Below, one piece after another: positions 35,273 to 48,045 of a stretch of DNA of 64,000 nucleotides. How positions within the stretch are numbered: the first letter of the stretch is position 1; every line of letters begins with the position of its first letter. The notes beneath the pieces were generated by a model. That model saw nothing but the letters and a program-made list of their open reading frames with translations. It had not been told where the DNA came from and ran no database searches. This stretch comes from Camelus dromedarius (lineage: Eukaryota), in contig NC_087436.1 in assembly GCF_036321535.1 (NCBI RefSeq), forward strand, positions 96,226,001-96,290,000, read 5' to 3'. The position numbers and the translations under genes are program-made.

Positions 35273-38200
35273 GAAAAACCTCACTGTGACATTTTGCCTG
35301 ATGTTTGGCCAAAGATCTGGGTACTGTAGTCTAGTCAATTTGACACATAAACTTAGTCATCAGCAGGACACTTCCTGAAAGCTCAAAATTTTCACTGGAA
35401 CCCAAGCCCTGGGCTATTGCAACACTGTAAAGAGGAGTTGCTGGACACACCTGCTGGGCTGACGTGATCACCTTGTTCCTGTGACCCTCGTCCCTGTCAC
35501 CAATCTCCAGTATGTGACAGAAGACTGAAGACCAGGAAGAGATTCGCTGGAGGAAACTGGAGTGGAGTCGGCTTCACTTTTGTCTGTCCTCCAGGTGAAT
35601 GCTGCTTCCCCCAGCCCCAGCCTCACCCCATGAAGGGAGGGAAGTAGGGACTTCTATCTGTGGGACACCAGACGTGGGAGTGCAGGACGGCGGACAGGGT
35701 TGGATAAGTTTCTCTTAGTTTTTGCTCCTTTTCTTCCATTGCCCCTCCCTCTGACCTGAGGGATTCAGAAGCAGCATTTGGAGGCCCAAAAGGCTGGGTG
35801 AGGAGTGAAGGAAGAAGAAGGGAAAATGGTGCAGGACTGGCGATACCTCCCTTCTCTGTTCCAGACCCAAGAACCTGGACCCAGGAGAAGCAGACAATTT
35901 AAACTGGGTGTAAAGTGGACACTTTGATTTAGACCCACTTGGACTTTTTAATTCTTGCAAGTCAGTCTTGATAGCATCTGATTGAGCAAGCTTCCTGGGT
36001 CGGGAAAGAACCCAGCAAAGCATGTTTGAAGGCAGTGATGCAAGAAAAATAAATTCTCGTTCCTCATGTGTCCTCAACTGAGAACAGCTCTCTCAGTACA
36101 CTGGTTATAGAAAATTTAAAGAGACTCAGCCCCATCTGAGTTGAGTAGGTGTCACCTGATTCATCGGACGCTGGGAATACTTTGGGGGCGCTCCACGTGT
36201 CTAGGCACTGTATCTCTGACAACCGAGGGCCAGGAGGAGGATGAGATCAAGAATTAAAGTACGGACTCCCAGTGGAGGAACAGGGGCCAATTTGTACAGT
36301 GTTCCAGCTGAAGCAGCCAATCAGGGGCAGAAAGAAAGTTCCCATGCGCATGGCTGTGTCTCCACTGCAAACGCTAATTTATAATCTTCCTGTTCCTCTA
36401 GGGTTAGACTGGCTTTGAGGTAATTGAAATAGAAAAAGGAATTAGTGATGACTGCAGGACACTAGTGCTACGGCTTACACGTAGCCCCTATTTTAATTAA
36501 GTGGAGGGAATCTCTGCCCCTAATCTGTGAGTAATATCAGTAAGTTCTCTAATTCCTATGTCTGGGGTCACTCTCACTTGCTGTGCTAGACATTATACAA
36601 AGCAACAGATTGAGTTTTCAGCTTGTGTGAATCAGTAACTGTTATTTACGTCCAGCTTCTGCTCTGGACCATTCTGGTGTTAACTAATTTTACTATCTCC
36701 CCTGTAAAGCCTGGGTCTGCTCCTCCCACCCCTGTGGGACTTCTTGTTTAATCATATGAATATAATACAGGTGAATATATAAGAAAAGACTGACAAGGAA
36801 ATATCTCAGAATGAAAACAGATGCTAAAGAGATGAACAGTGAGGTGAGATTATGCTTTTACTTCAGTGCTTGGTGTGGTTATGTTAACTGATGGAAATAT
36901 TAGGCAGATGAGAGCTGGAAAGACTTTCATGTTTACCTCAGATATATCTCTTCCCCCTACTTTATTTTTCTTCTTCTCTTACAAGGTGTTTGGAGGGATG
37001 TTCTCTGCAATTGGAGGCCCATTCTTTTTGCAGTTCTTTACCCAAGTGTAGTATTACTTTTCAAAGGTTAACCTTGTACTCCCACCCCAGGGGGCTAAGG
37101 GATTCAAAACCAACTCAAGTGGCCCAATGCATGGCTTTAAGCCTTAACAAGAAGGAAGTTCTGACAGAGGAGAGGGACGTTGGCTAAGAGGAACACCACA
37201 GAAGGAGTAGGAACTGATAAAGTCTGTGTTATATCAGAAGCTGTGAAGAGAGTAGGCAGAAGGGGAGTTAAGAAGCCAGTAACCCCAAATTCAAGCCAGC
37301 AGAATGCTAGCTGCTGTGAAGAATTCAGCTTGCCAATGCATTCTGAAAAAAAGACTAAAATAGTGGTCCCTACCAGGAGTCACTAGGATCCATTAAGGTG
37401 TCTGGTGGGATTTGCATCCATTTTGCATCTTTAAAAATATGCATGGACTATTTTCTCTGGGAACTTTCAAGCTGTATTGTATAATGACGAATCTTCTCCA
37501 CTCTTCATGAAGATCAGGCATTTCTTATAACACAGAGCACAGGAAATAATGCAGGATCTTAATTCAGAAATCAAAACTACTGAAATTCTCTTGAACCTCT
37601 TCTAAGAATTTGCTTTGAGAGTCGATTGCTTCTCTTGTAGATTAGGTAATGTAGACGGTTCTGAAGGAGAAATGATACGGTAAAAAGCCCCACAAAATGA
37701 CGATTATTCACAGCATGAAAGACAGGTTTCTCTGAATTTGCCTCTTTTATTTGATTCTAATGAAGGTCAGTTTTTTGTTTTTTCTTCCCGGATGTTTCTT
37801 GCTAGCCTAAAGTGGATCCTTTGTTTTCTAAGAAAAAGGCCCAACATTCATGGATTGGCCTCACTGGCTGCTGCTTCCCACTTCCTGAGGCCCAGCGGGT
37901 TGGAGCCAATGCATTCGGGCAGGAGAGAGCCCGCTTCGGGTCCGCTGGCCACTCGAGTGTGGCTGGCAATGATTTTATGTCAGACTGAGAATGGGGTCAG
38001 GAGAATTCTGGAGCAGCCACAGACGCACAGACATCCCAATGTGAATGAAAGAATTCCTTGGTGTTTGGAAATTCTCTGAGAGGGAGACCAGCACCTGCAG
38101 TTTTAAGGAGACTCTTAAGGGTCAGACAACCTGGGTTGGTGGAGGTGACGTTAAGGTGGACAAATTACCAACTGCTGAGTCAGGCTTCCCTCGCAGAGGC

Positions 38201-38386
38201 ACTTGCCGAGTGCCCCTCCGAGTGCCCCTCCAAGGGCAGAGCTCTTAAGGAGCGATTAGCAGGAGCCGAGCTCAAGCTGTGCAAACGGAGACCCCACAGT
38301 TCAGGGAGTACATTGCTGGCGACTCCCTGCCTGCTTATAATGACAAATCCTGAATCAACTAACTGTATTCCCAAACATTCTTACAT

Positions 38387-38576
38387 CAGTGGTTCTCAAC
38401 AGGGAGGATTCTGCCCCCGGGAGATATTTTCAGTTGTTACAACCTGGGGGTGGTGGTGGAAGTGTTGCTACTGGCATCTGATGGGTCAAGACCAGGAATG
38501 TTGCCAAACACCCTTTAATGCACACGAATAGACCCTCGACCTAAAACGTCTATTGGGCTGAGGTTCAGAAACCCTG
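38387..38576 (+). mobile_element. MER20 (hAT-Charlie)
   Basis: cagtggttctcaac..tgctactggcatct..gctgaggttcagaaaccctg termini. Confidence 0.85.
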
Positions 38577-38688
38577 ATCTAAATCTCTTGTTTAAGCTGT
38601 CTAATGATCATATTTTATTATCTATGCTCTATCTTTAGTTTTAATGGAAGCTTGTTAGGCTCAAGTCTGTGTAATATACTCATAAGCA

Positions 38689-39046
38689 TGTTAAAATCAG
38701 GACAGTAGGCCCCAAATGGAGTCACTTATGCTAAGCCCCACGTCACCAAACTAAGACTTAACTGAATTCCAGTTCTGTCTCTTTCAGAAGTGGAATCTTA
38801 AGCCAGTCGATCAGGAATTGCCTGATCGGCCCTAGTTAGGTCATCTGCCTGATAGACTCCTGCCTTCCCCTAGAGGAAAGTAACCTTGCAATAACCAATC
38901 TGCTTTTCTGTCATTATAACTTCCTTGTTCCTGTTCCCTTCTGCCTATAAAAGTCTTTGATTTTGCACAGATTAGATGCTGCCAGATTTGAATCAATTTT
39001 TGCTAAAATTCTTATAAAATTTAATATGCCTTTTTATCCGTTAATA
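38689..39046 (+). mobile_element. ERV1-type solo LTR (MER34/MER67-like)
   Basis: TGTTAAA start, aaatggagtcacttatgctaa, aaccaatc box, cctataaaa TATA, ttaata end; flanks agca/ggca. Confidence 0.72.
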
Positions 39047-40189
39047 GGCATATGGATTTAAGAGGTTATTTCTACCTCTATGTGTTCATATTTTAATTCA
39101 TTCCTCATTACCTCTCAAATTCAGTGAGATGAGGCCACCTGCTACACTGGAGGAGGGCACTGGAGCCAGAGGGAGAGCTTGGGGGGGATGGTGCCACACT
39201 GTTAAGGCCTCCTTGTCTCAGCTTCTTCCTCTGGATGACAAGGAAGTTGGGCTTTATCTGAGTTCTTTTGGCGGCTCTAACATCCTACCATTAAAAACTC
39301 CTCATAATGGAAACTCATGTACCCATTTCACCTCTTCACATGTCTTTACCAGATATTTCTCTTTCCCCGTCTCCCACCTACTAAAACACCTTCCCCAGTT
39401 TCTCCTTTGCTATTACAAAAAGTTGTTTTTTTCCCTCTAACTTAAATAAAATGATTATTAACTTTAGTTCAAGCCTTTATTTCAGTCAAAACCCCTCCTT
39501 CTCCCCACTCAAAAATTATCTTCTCAAAGCCTCCCTTGCCCGGCACACCCACTGCTCCAGTATGTATATATTATCCTATCAGCTGGCTGTGGGCACTTTG
39601 ACACATAATGAATATGCTCATGTTATAATTCTTATGCTCTGTTTTTCTTATGTCCTTTCAATCCTAAAAATCCATGTGGGTGTCTTCTCTCTCTATTGAT
39701 CAGAGTTCTGGAATATGAGCACTTCTGCATTTAATCATCACACTTCGTAGAGTGTGTGGTTTTTGATGGACAGTCACCAGTGCTTTCCTAGTTAATAACA
39801 GGAGATGAGGCATCACCAACACACAAACATCATTTCTGAGAAAATAGTAACAGGAAGGTAGAGCCATCTTATTAAATTCAGGGATGTAGGTGGCAAATGC
39901 CCTCAAACTGGGTGTTGTGAAAACAAAAAAAATCAGTAATGTAGATGATATTGACACACAGAATCTAATTTGAATTAGCTCTGTAAGTGAACAGTTAACA
40001 GATAAACTCCACAAATTTTTTGAAATATAAAAAATCAATTTATAACTTGGAAAACAGATTAGATAGATACTATAAATTCTCCATTTTATCTCCCTTTCCC
40101 TCTTAAAAGCATTCCAAAAAATGAAATAAAACAGTTCCTGAACTTCTGACAGGTTCTAACATATCCATCAAGGTCCTTCATGAAACTTT

Positions 40190-40450
40190 TCTACTAATTA
40201 CCAGTGTGACTTTTGGCAAATCATTTAACCCCTCTGGATCACAGTTCTCTCATGTACAAAACTAGTTTTTGATGGACCCCAGACGGTAAGTCCCCGTCTT
40301 GACTGCACAGGGAATTACCTGAGTAGCTTTTAAGCATCCTGATGCCTAGGTGACACCCTAGACCAGAATCTCTGGAGTGGGGACAAAGCAACAGTATTTT
40401 TCAAGCTCCCTCAATAATTCTAGTATTCAGCCCACGTTAAGCCCAATGTT
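40190..40450. mobile_element. MIR fragment followed by MER5-type fragment
   Basis: tgtgacttttggcaaatcatttaacccctctgg; then aattacctgagtagcttt..gatgcctagg..ccctagaccagaatctctggagtgggg. Confidence 0.65.
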
Positions 40451-41631
40451 CATCCCTAACTTAAACCCAGTTTCTAAACCGGTGACTTTCTGAATGTTTT
40501 AAAAATGGCCACTGTCCGAAAAAGCGGTTCATGTTGTGCCCTACTACACACACGAGTATGTTTTAATATTACAATACAATAATTTTTCATGGACTGTATC
40601 TGTTAAACTTTACAAAACAGTTCTTATCACTCTGATACTTTACATTCTATTTTATTCCATTAAAAAATGTATTTTTCAAGACTCACGGATTGAAAAACAC
40701 TCTATCCACAGACTACAGTTCGGCCACTAGATGGAACCCTCTCTTTAAGGAATGGAAAGCACAACCCCATTCTGAACTCCGCAGGGCAAAGGAAAAATAA
40801 AGATGTATATGATTTAATATTAACTTTACATCTGCCCCCAAAATGATTTATTTTATTAGAAAAGGAGCATGGCTGTTGAGAAAACAATAGTTACATTAAC
40901 AGTAGGTACCACCGAGGGAAAGATAAGACCCTGTGCCTGCCTCGGCTCCGTCACCACAAGCACCTGGTAAGGTCTGTATTCCATCCCTTCCCCCAGGGCA
41001 GAAACTGAGTCCAGAAAGGTGAGGTGACATGACCAGCCCTTGGTAAATGGGAGCTTTGTCACCGTGGAGCCAGCAGAGGGCAGAGGGAGGCTGGAAATCT
41101 AGTCACAAAGGTACAAAGAGACAGAAAGCAGAATTTAAGTCCAATCATATATTTGCTGTTTGCTTCTATGACAAAAATGTAAGAAATGTAAGGTTTGTAA
41201 CAGTAATACGTGAATTAAATTAGTACAAAATGGAAGCACACTGGAATTTTTTCTTTTCTGAATCTCGGCTTCAAAGTAGATCCATTTAAAGGAAAGGGGA
41301 ATGAGCAGCCCCACAGCGGGGAGTGGAGGGGCCTGGGGCAGAGGCTCAGAGAGGCCTCTGGGCCGAGGAACCAATTTTGGTTTTATTTAAACTGAAGGGT
41401 TTTTGCACAGCCCACTCCTTCACTTCTTTCACTGCTTTGGGCAACATCTCAGAGGGGCCTGTCCTGCTATCGGTGAGGGCGTTCCTGTCCTCCATCCCTT
41501 TCCCAGGTTTTCTTGTCTCACCAGCATTTAGCATGAGCAGACATTATGTTAAATATCTTTTTATTTGTTTAATCTCTGTCCTTCCTCAACTGGATGTAGA
41601 CTCCATAAGGGAAACTGAAGTCAGTAACCCA

Positions 41632-41816
41632 CACTGGGGGAGGGGGCAGGAGGAGTTACTGCTTACTGTGTGCGGGCTTCGTTTGGCATGATGAGTCTTG
41701 GAATTAGCTAGTGGTGATGGTTGCACAACAGTGTGAATGTAATTAATGCCACAGAATTGTACAATGGCAAATTTTATGATATACATTTTACCAAAACATC
41801 AAAATCACTTAGAAAA
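41632..41816 (+). mobile_element. 5'-truncated L1M 3' end
   Basis: tagtggtgatggttgcacaacagtgtgaatgtaattaatgccacagaattgtaca; 14-bp TSD aagtcagtaaccca at 41618-41631 and 41817-41830. Confidence 0.9.
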
Positions 41817-41864
41817 AAGTCAGTAACCCAAAATTCAAACCTGTAGAATGACTTGCAAAAGATC

Positions 41865-42085
41865 ACTATTACTAATGAAGTGCTTTCTACATACCAAGTA
41901 CTCTATATCTATTAACTAAGTGGATCCTCACGACAACCCCATAAGGCACATACTATTATTGTTCCCATTTTAGAGATGAGGAAACTAAGGCACAGATTGG
42001 TTTAACAGTTTGCTCAAGGGCACTCAGCTAGTAGGTAGGGGCAGTATTTATACTTGGGTAAGCTGCTCTTAACCCACTATTGCTG
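41865..42085 (-). mobile_element. MIR
   Basis: cccattttagagatgaggaaactaaggcacaga core. Confidence 0.85.
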
Positions 42086-42210
42086 CGTATAACACCTAAA
42101 ATAGAGCCTGGCACACAATCATTTAATGTTTGTTACAAGAATAAATACTTTAAAATGGTTAATTTGGCTGCTAGATGGAGGAAGACAAAAAGATAAATCT
42201 TAGATTTAAG

Positions 42211-42846
42211 ACTGCAATATTCCATATGGTAGCCACAAGCCACAGGCAGCCACTGAGCACTTGAAGTAAGATGGAAACTGTTGAGTTTGTAAAATGCATT
42301 CTGGATTCCAAAGGCTTCGCACAAAAAAAGGTAAACTATCTTATTAATAATTTTTATATTGATATAGAAATGGCAACATTTTGGATATATTGGGTTAAAT
42401 ACAATGTATTATTAGTACATACAATTACAGGCATACCTTGAAGATATCGCAGGTTCAGTTCCAGACCACCGTCATAAAGTGAGTATCGCAATAAAGCAAG
42501 TCACACGAATTTTTTGGTTTCAGTGCATATAAAATTTATGTTTACACTATACTGTAGTCTACTAAGTGTGCAATAGCATTATGCTTAAACAATGTGTACG
42601 CTTGAATGAAAAAATACTTTATTGCTAAAAAATGCTATTATCTGACAATGTAAGTTTGCCACAAACCTTCAATTTGTAAAAAAAAAAAAAAAAAAAAGAA
42701 TCACAGAATCTGCAAAGTGCCATTAAGCAAAGCACAATAAACGAAGTGGGCCTGTATTATTAAATTAATTGTATTTTAAAATGTGACTCCTGGAAACTGT
42801 AACACGACATATGTGGTTCACATTGTACTTCTGTTGGAGGTGCTGA
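42211..42846. mobile_element. MER3-type hAT-Charlie element split by Tigger1 derivative
   Basis: atatggtagccacaagccaca..cactgagcacttgaa..ttttggatatattgggttaaata | atatgtggttcacattgtacttctgttgg. Confidence 0.75.
42428..42754 (+). mobile_element. Tigger1 internal-deletion derivative (Tigger1a_Art-like, TcMar)
   Basis: TA|CAGGCATACC..ggttcagttccagaccacc..caataaa.cgaagtgggCCTG|TA; TIRs and TA TSD. Confidence 0.88.
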
Positions 42847-43891
42847 TTTAGGAGAATGTCCTGGTCTCTTGCTTGAACAATGCAAGTCATGGTGGTGCAT
42901 TTACTGAACCGGAAGAGAAGCGGAGAGGGAGATTTAAGGGTGAAAATTAAAAAATATGCTCTGGACATACAAGTTTGCAGTGAACGTGAGACAGCTAGGT
43001 GTTGATAGGGAGCCCGGGGCTTGAAGCAGAGGTCAGAGCTGGCACTGCACATGTAGGTGCCATCAGCCTACTGATGACACTGGAGACCTTTCTGGAGAGT
43101 CTGTATATGAGGAGAGCCCAGTAGGCACCCAGGACCAAGATCTGACACCACTATTTAGGGGCTGGGTATTAACAGGTGGCCAGATACAGCTGAAATGATG
43201 TTACATTTCTACATTCAACTCTCTAGCTAAGAAAATACCTGTAAACTCATGATGGTTTCATGTCAATGTACTTTTGCTTGGGATTCATTTTTGTAAAATA
43301 AATTGTAGTTTATTTCGATACACATTTAGGATTGCTTTTATTTTTTAGACCACTAGTACAGGTTAGTGGCAGAAATCCCTGGAAAGCTTCCTTTACGTAG
43401 AAATAACAAAACTCAATATGATGAACAAGTGCTGGAGATAAATCTCACAAAATCCCTAAATATCCACCAACAAGGGAAGAAATAATGCCTCTTGAGCTTT
43501 CAAGTGACAGCTTCTTCATGGCAACTGCCTTGGTGGGGTGATGTGTTCGTTGAGAGAAGGACACATTTTTAGAGATTTTAAAAAACTTCATTTAATCCCT
43601 TAATTATTTCTTTAGGGAATTCAGTTTTAGATAACAGTGAATAATCATATGGTTAAAAGCTCAAGCTTTGTGGTCAAGTACATGAGTTAGTAAGCGCACT
43701 TAGTGGAATTCCTGGCCTGTGGTAAGTCCCGTGGTAAGGACTTGGTAAATATTATTGTTGTTCTTGTCTTATCAATAATACCAGAAATCCCTTATCCCAC
43801 TGCCCATTAATTTCTGTCATAGTAATAGGGTTGTGTGTATGTCTATCATATGCTATAATACATCAAACGACATAACACACCATATGATAGA

Positions 43892-44370
43892 CAGACAGTC
43901 CCCAACTTACAATGGTTTGACTTAGGATTTTTCGACTTCATGATGGTGGGAAACTGGTATGCATTCAGCAGAAACTGAACTCCAACTTTTGAACTTTGAT
44001 CTTTTCCTGGGCTAGTGGTATGCGGTCTAACGCTCTCTCATGCTGCTGGGCAGGGCAGTGAGCCACAGGTCCCAGCCAGCCACACGGTCACGGGGAAGTA
44101 ACTGATACACTTATACCCATGCCGGACCCAGACAACCATTCTGTTGTTCCGTTTCTGTACAGTCTTCAATAAATTACATGAGACAGTTAACACTTCATTA
44201 TAAAATAGGCTTTGTGTTGGATGATTTTGGCCAACTGTAGGCTAATGTTAAGTGTTCTGATCATGTTAAGGTAGGCTGGGCTAAGTTATGATGTGTTAAA
44301 TGCATTTTTGATGTAGGAGATTTTCAACTTAAGGTAGATTTATTGGGATGTAAGTTGAGGCAGATCTCTG
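43892..44370 (-). mobile_element. MER47/Tigger5-family element (TcMar)
   Basis: cagacagtccccaacttacaatggtttgacttaggatttttcgac..ttataaaataggctttgtgtt..taagttgagg..ctg. Confidence 0.85.
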
Positions 44371-44459
44371 TGTGTGTGTATACACATTTACCATATGTTG
44401 TCATATCACACAGTATTATGTCAAATCAGTTGATGCATTTCCCTCCCTTGTTCTGATGT

Positions 44460-47400
44460 TACAGCACATGCTTTCCTGTTGGATGTGTTCTTGGGCTTAG
44501 TGTTAAGGTGGAATTTTGTGCTCCTGGTGTTTTCATGGGGAAGGACTCCCATTAGAGTACCACTTTCCATTTCTCACCCTCCTTCAGTCATCCTCTCTAG
44601 GGCTGGGGAGTGACACTCTTGAGGCTTTGGAAGATGGAGCTGGGCATCTCTTCTTGGCAGAGAACGTATTCAGCTCTGCCCCTCTGAGCAGCTAGTTGGA
44701 TGCTGACAGGTCCCCTTGGGGAGGGGGTGCGGCCTGAGGTCCAGTGGTGGGTGGTAAGTGATTGTGAAATTTGAGGCTCACATTTACCTGGGAATTCCCA
44801 ATGGCTAGATTCATAGAAAAGTTGAGATTTTAAATTGTTGCCTGACTCCTGTGTTTATCTCAGTGGATTCAGAATTTAAGCGTGGGTAAGAGGACTGTTA
44901 TTTACTGATTGCCTTAAATTCCCAATGTCTGGTGTGTTCATCTGGGAAGTTTGAGAAACAGACCAAGAGTAGAGAGGGTTTTAGTGGGGCCAAGGTACTG
45001 GCTTTGGGCCTCTGGGTCAGCATGGAGGGTTCATGGTAGTTGACTGGTGTCTGTATAGAGCCATGCAGCTGGTTTTTACTGTTGGCTTTTACTAGTCAGC
45101 TGAGCAAAAGGCATCCGGCCTTGGCAAGTGTGGGTCTTGTGGGATTCCTACTCTGGCTTAGTATGGCTTTATTCACAGGTGAATGGTTGTTTCTGTATGG
45201 GTAAGGAGAGGTTTACATTCAGGCAGGACTGTAGCTGCCAGCCTTGGAAAGCAGTCATCAGGGAGGTCAAGATGGGGAAAGTGTTCATTTGGACAGGCCT
45301 TTTAGATGGTCAGTAACTGAGTGGCTTTTTGCTGCTGTTTCTTTGCTCGGCCTACTAGCCAAGACTCAAAAGAGCAGAAATAGCTGAGCTCCATGTGCAC
45401 AGAGAATGTTGGAATGTTCTGGCTTTAAATTGTTATTGCCCAGCCCAGGGAGGCAGCATGATTCTTACTGCCCCAGAATCCACGAACTACATTCAGGGCT
45501 AACAGGGAATTAATACGGCTAATGAATTTTGTGCTTGCCAAAAGCTCTCGAGAGTCACCTGTAAAGGGTAGTATGTTCAGAATAGATAAATAGAATATGC
45601 CATCGTCTTGGGTTGAAGAAGAGAACAACTCAGTAAAATTATCACAAACCCAAAGGCTTGTCCCTAGGAATCAGGGGATAAAGGAAGAACTCAAGTGCTT
45701 TGGAAAATGTGCTTTGACGTGACAATCAGATCAGGAGCAGCAGAAGACTGAAAACACAATAAATAAACGGATTAAAAGCTGAAGGAAAGAAAGGTTGCCC
45801 TGAGGGAGTGGCTGACATCTTAGAAGACAGGCTAGATAGATAAGAGATCTTTGAAGGCCTGAAGAGACAGCTACAGAACACAAGGAGATGTGCCTAAGTC
45901 CACCTGCTCCCATTAAAGAGAGACTTTTCAGTTGATATGAGGTCAGAAAGAGGGATCTGAGCCGCCCCAGGAAACCCCACAGAGGACAAAAAACCACCCA
46001 AAATGACTCCCCTAGAGGGCGCCAGATTCTGGAAAAACATTTGCAAACAACTCAAAAACCTGCATTGTCTCCAGTAAAAGCCATTGAGGACTGACCTTCT
46101 GATGATTGGGCCACTGTAGAAAGTGGTTACCTATGTGGCCAGATTTGATATGAAATGACTGGAGAAGGCAGCAGAGAATTTCTGGATGACTCTTCAGGTG
46201 ACAGAGCCATGGTAGGGGGTGTGCATGTGTTTACCAGGCTCTGAGGGACTTGCTTGATAAATTGATGAGACAAGAACTTGAGGACAGAGAAAGTGAGACA
46301 CCCTCCATGTGACCGGGTGGGACAATAATGGAGCACGTCCAGGTCTAGGTTCCCTGCCAATCCTATGGGAGTGTCACCTAGGTGAATTCGCCAGTGCAGG
46401 GAGGGGCAGGGAGGCGTGATTTGTTTGTAAAGTAGAAGTCTCTGGCACACCAAGAACTCCTAATTTTGTATTTCTCACCATGGGAGACCCCAGAGGATGA
46501 GATCTAAAGAGATATCTTAGAAAATCAATTGTTCTTGTCTATAAATCAAAAGGGGGAAATGGCCCTCAAATTCAGTGAATAGGTGTCAGAAAAGGGAAGA
46601 GACCCAGGTGAGGAGTCAGCTGCTGGAAATTCCCCTGAGAGTTCCTAAAAGACTAGACGATGCTACCGCAGAGAAAGTGTGCACAGAGAAAGGCGCCCAG
46701 GCTTCAGACAGCCAAAACCCGAAGGAGAGTGTGGCAGAGGAAGTGGTTTTCAACAGGCTCCTGAGACACCAACAGCACTTCCAGTTCAGGAATCTTAGGG
46801 AATTCTCCAGTTGAAATGTGTGGGTTCAGCGAAAATCTTCCCCAGGAACCACACTTCTTAGATGTAAGTGATGCTATAGCAGGGGATAGTGATGGACACT
46901 TTGTGACAAGAGCTTCATAGAAGGCTGTGGCTCCATCACTAGGGTCCATGCCCCCAGTGCAGACTGGGGTGCAGGAAACATGGGCTCCAAGGGGAAGGGG
47001 GAGGGAGAGGTGTGGGAGAGCACCGTCTTCCCCAGTCATTTTCCCCTTGGAAAGGCAGGAAACTCTCATATAAAGCTCGATGCCTGAGGTTGGCATCATT
47101 CCAAATATTTCAGTTTGCAAGGCAGGAATGTCTCAATGTTAGGTCCTGTGAGAGGGGACAGTACATGTGAGGAGAAGTGTCCTCCTGAATTCGTAAACAA
47201 AGTGAAAATGCCAAAGTTAATCTCTTAATGGGAACATTCTCCCCAAAGAATCTAGGTCATGGTCGCTGGAGTGCACGCACAGACCAACTGGCACCCCGGC
47301 GAGGTGGAAACCAGGACTTTCTCTGTTGAATCTTTCACTTGCTAGCGCTGAGTCTCTGCTACGGTTTTTCACAATATCAAATATGGATTTGCAGAACGTA

Positions 47401-48045
47401 CGGGTGCCTGGGCTACCTTCTTTAGGGCCTGGGGTTGGCTTGTGTTCCTAATTTCATGGGTGTGGGATCAGCACCACGATGGTTAGCTATGTTTTATTAT
47501 CTTTTTGGAATCACAGAATAATGGTTCATTTCTGAGATGCGGAAGCAGTAACACCCACCCAGAGCCCAAGCTTGTCCTAGGTATCAAGACTGTGAATGAG
47601 ACTGAATAGAATAAGATACTGAAGATAAATTTTGAACTGTAATTTAAAAAATTTTATCCCACAAAAGCAAAAGAATTTTCAGTTATTTTGAAATTTGACT
47701 TAACTACATTCTACTTTAATTTTTTGAATGTTAATCTTTTAAAGTTAATTACTCCCTATGTAATTAATAATGGGGTGAGATTTATGTTCAGTAGAACTGT
47801 TTATATTATTAGCATTTCATTATTGGAATAGCTGTATGCTATTTTTAAATCTCGTTACAGAACTCCTGAAGGGCTGTATTGGACAATGTGGCACACAATT
47901 TGGGATGAGAAATAGAATACAGACTGAATTTCAGATTTAGGTACAGAGTAGCTTTCACATTAATTTAATAATTGTGTATTTCTGAGCTATTCTGGAGCTT
48001 TCTGGGGTCAAAGTGAACATTGCCTTGCTATGGTCCAGGGAGGAA
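44460..48045 (+). mobile_element. Possible ancient Gypsy-like (MamGyp-type) internal relic
   Basis: 3.6 kb free of SINE/LINE signatures; purine-rich decayed coding-like middle, AT-rich tail, PPT-like cagggagga at ~48038; only fragmentary Gag-like peptides. Confidence 0.3.
46009..46024 (+). promoter_or_regulatory. Candidate CTCF motif
   Basis: CCCCTAGAGGGCGCCA; one mismatch to CCASYAGRKGGCRS, CpG retained. Confidence 0.45.

Larger units (their letters stand above)
33577..35364 (-). mobile_element. MLT2-family LTR split by an L1 insertion (pieces 33577-33948 and ~35279-35364)
   Basis: tgtattaatcagggttctcca..agaaccaacagg start; agtcaatttgacacataaa..catca end; TSD agggc/aggac. Confidence 0.85.

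Noticed and set aside
38058..38531. 157-aa ORF
   Set aside because: Non-ATG start, runs into MER20, no homology recognised.
47468..47480. RE1 left half TCAGCACCACG (also right-half-only CCATGGACAGC near 56021 and a weak match near 27036-27056)
   Set aside because: Half-sites only; expected by chance in 64 kb.
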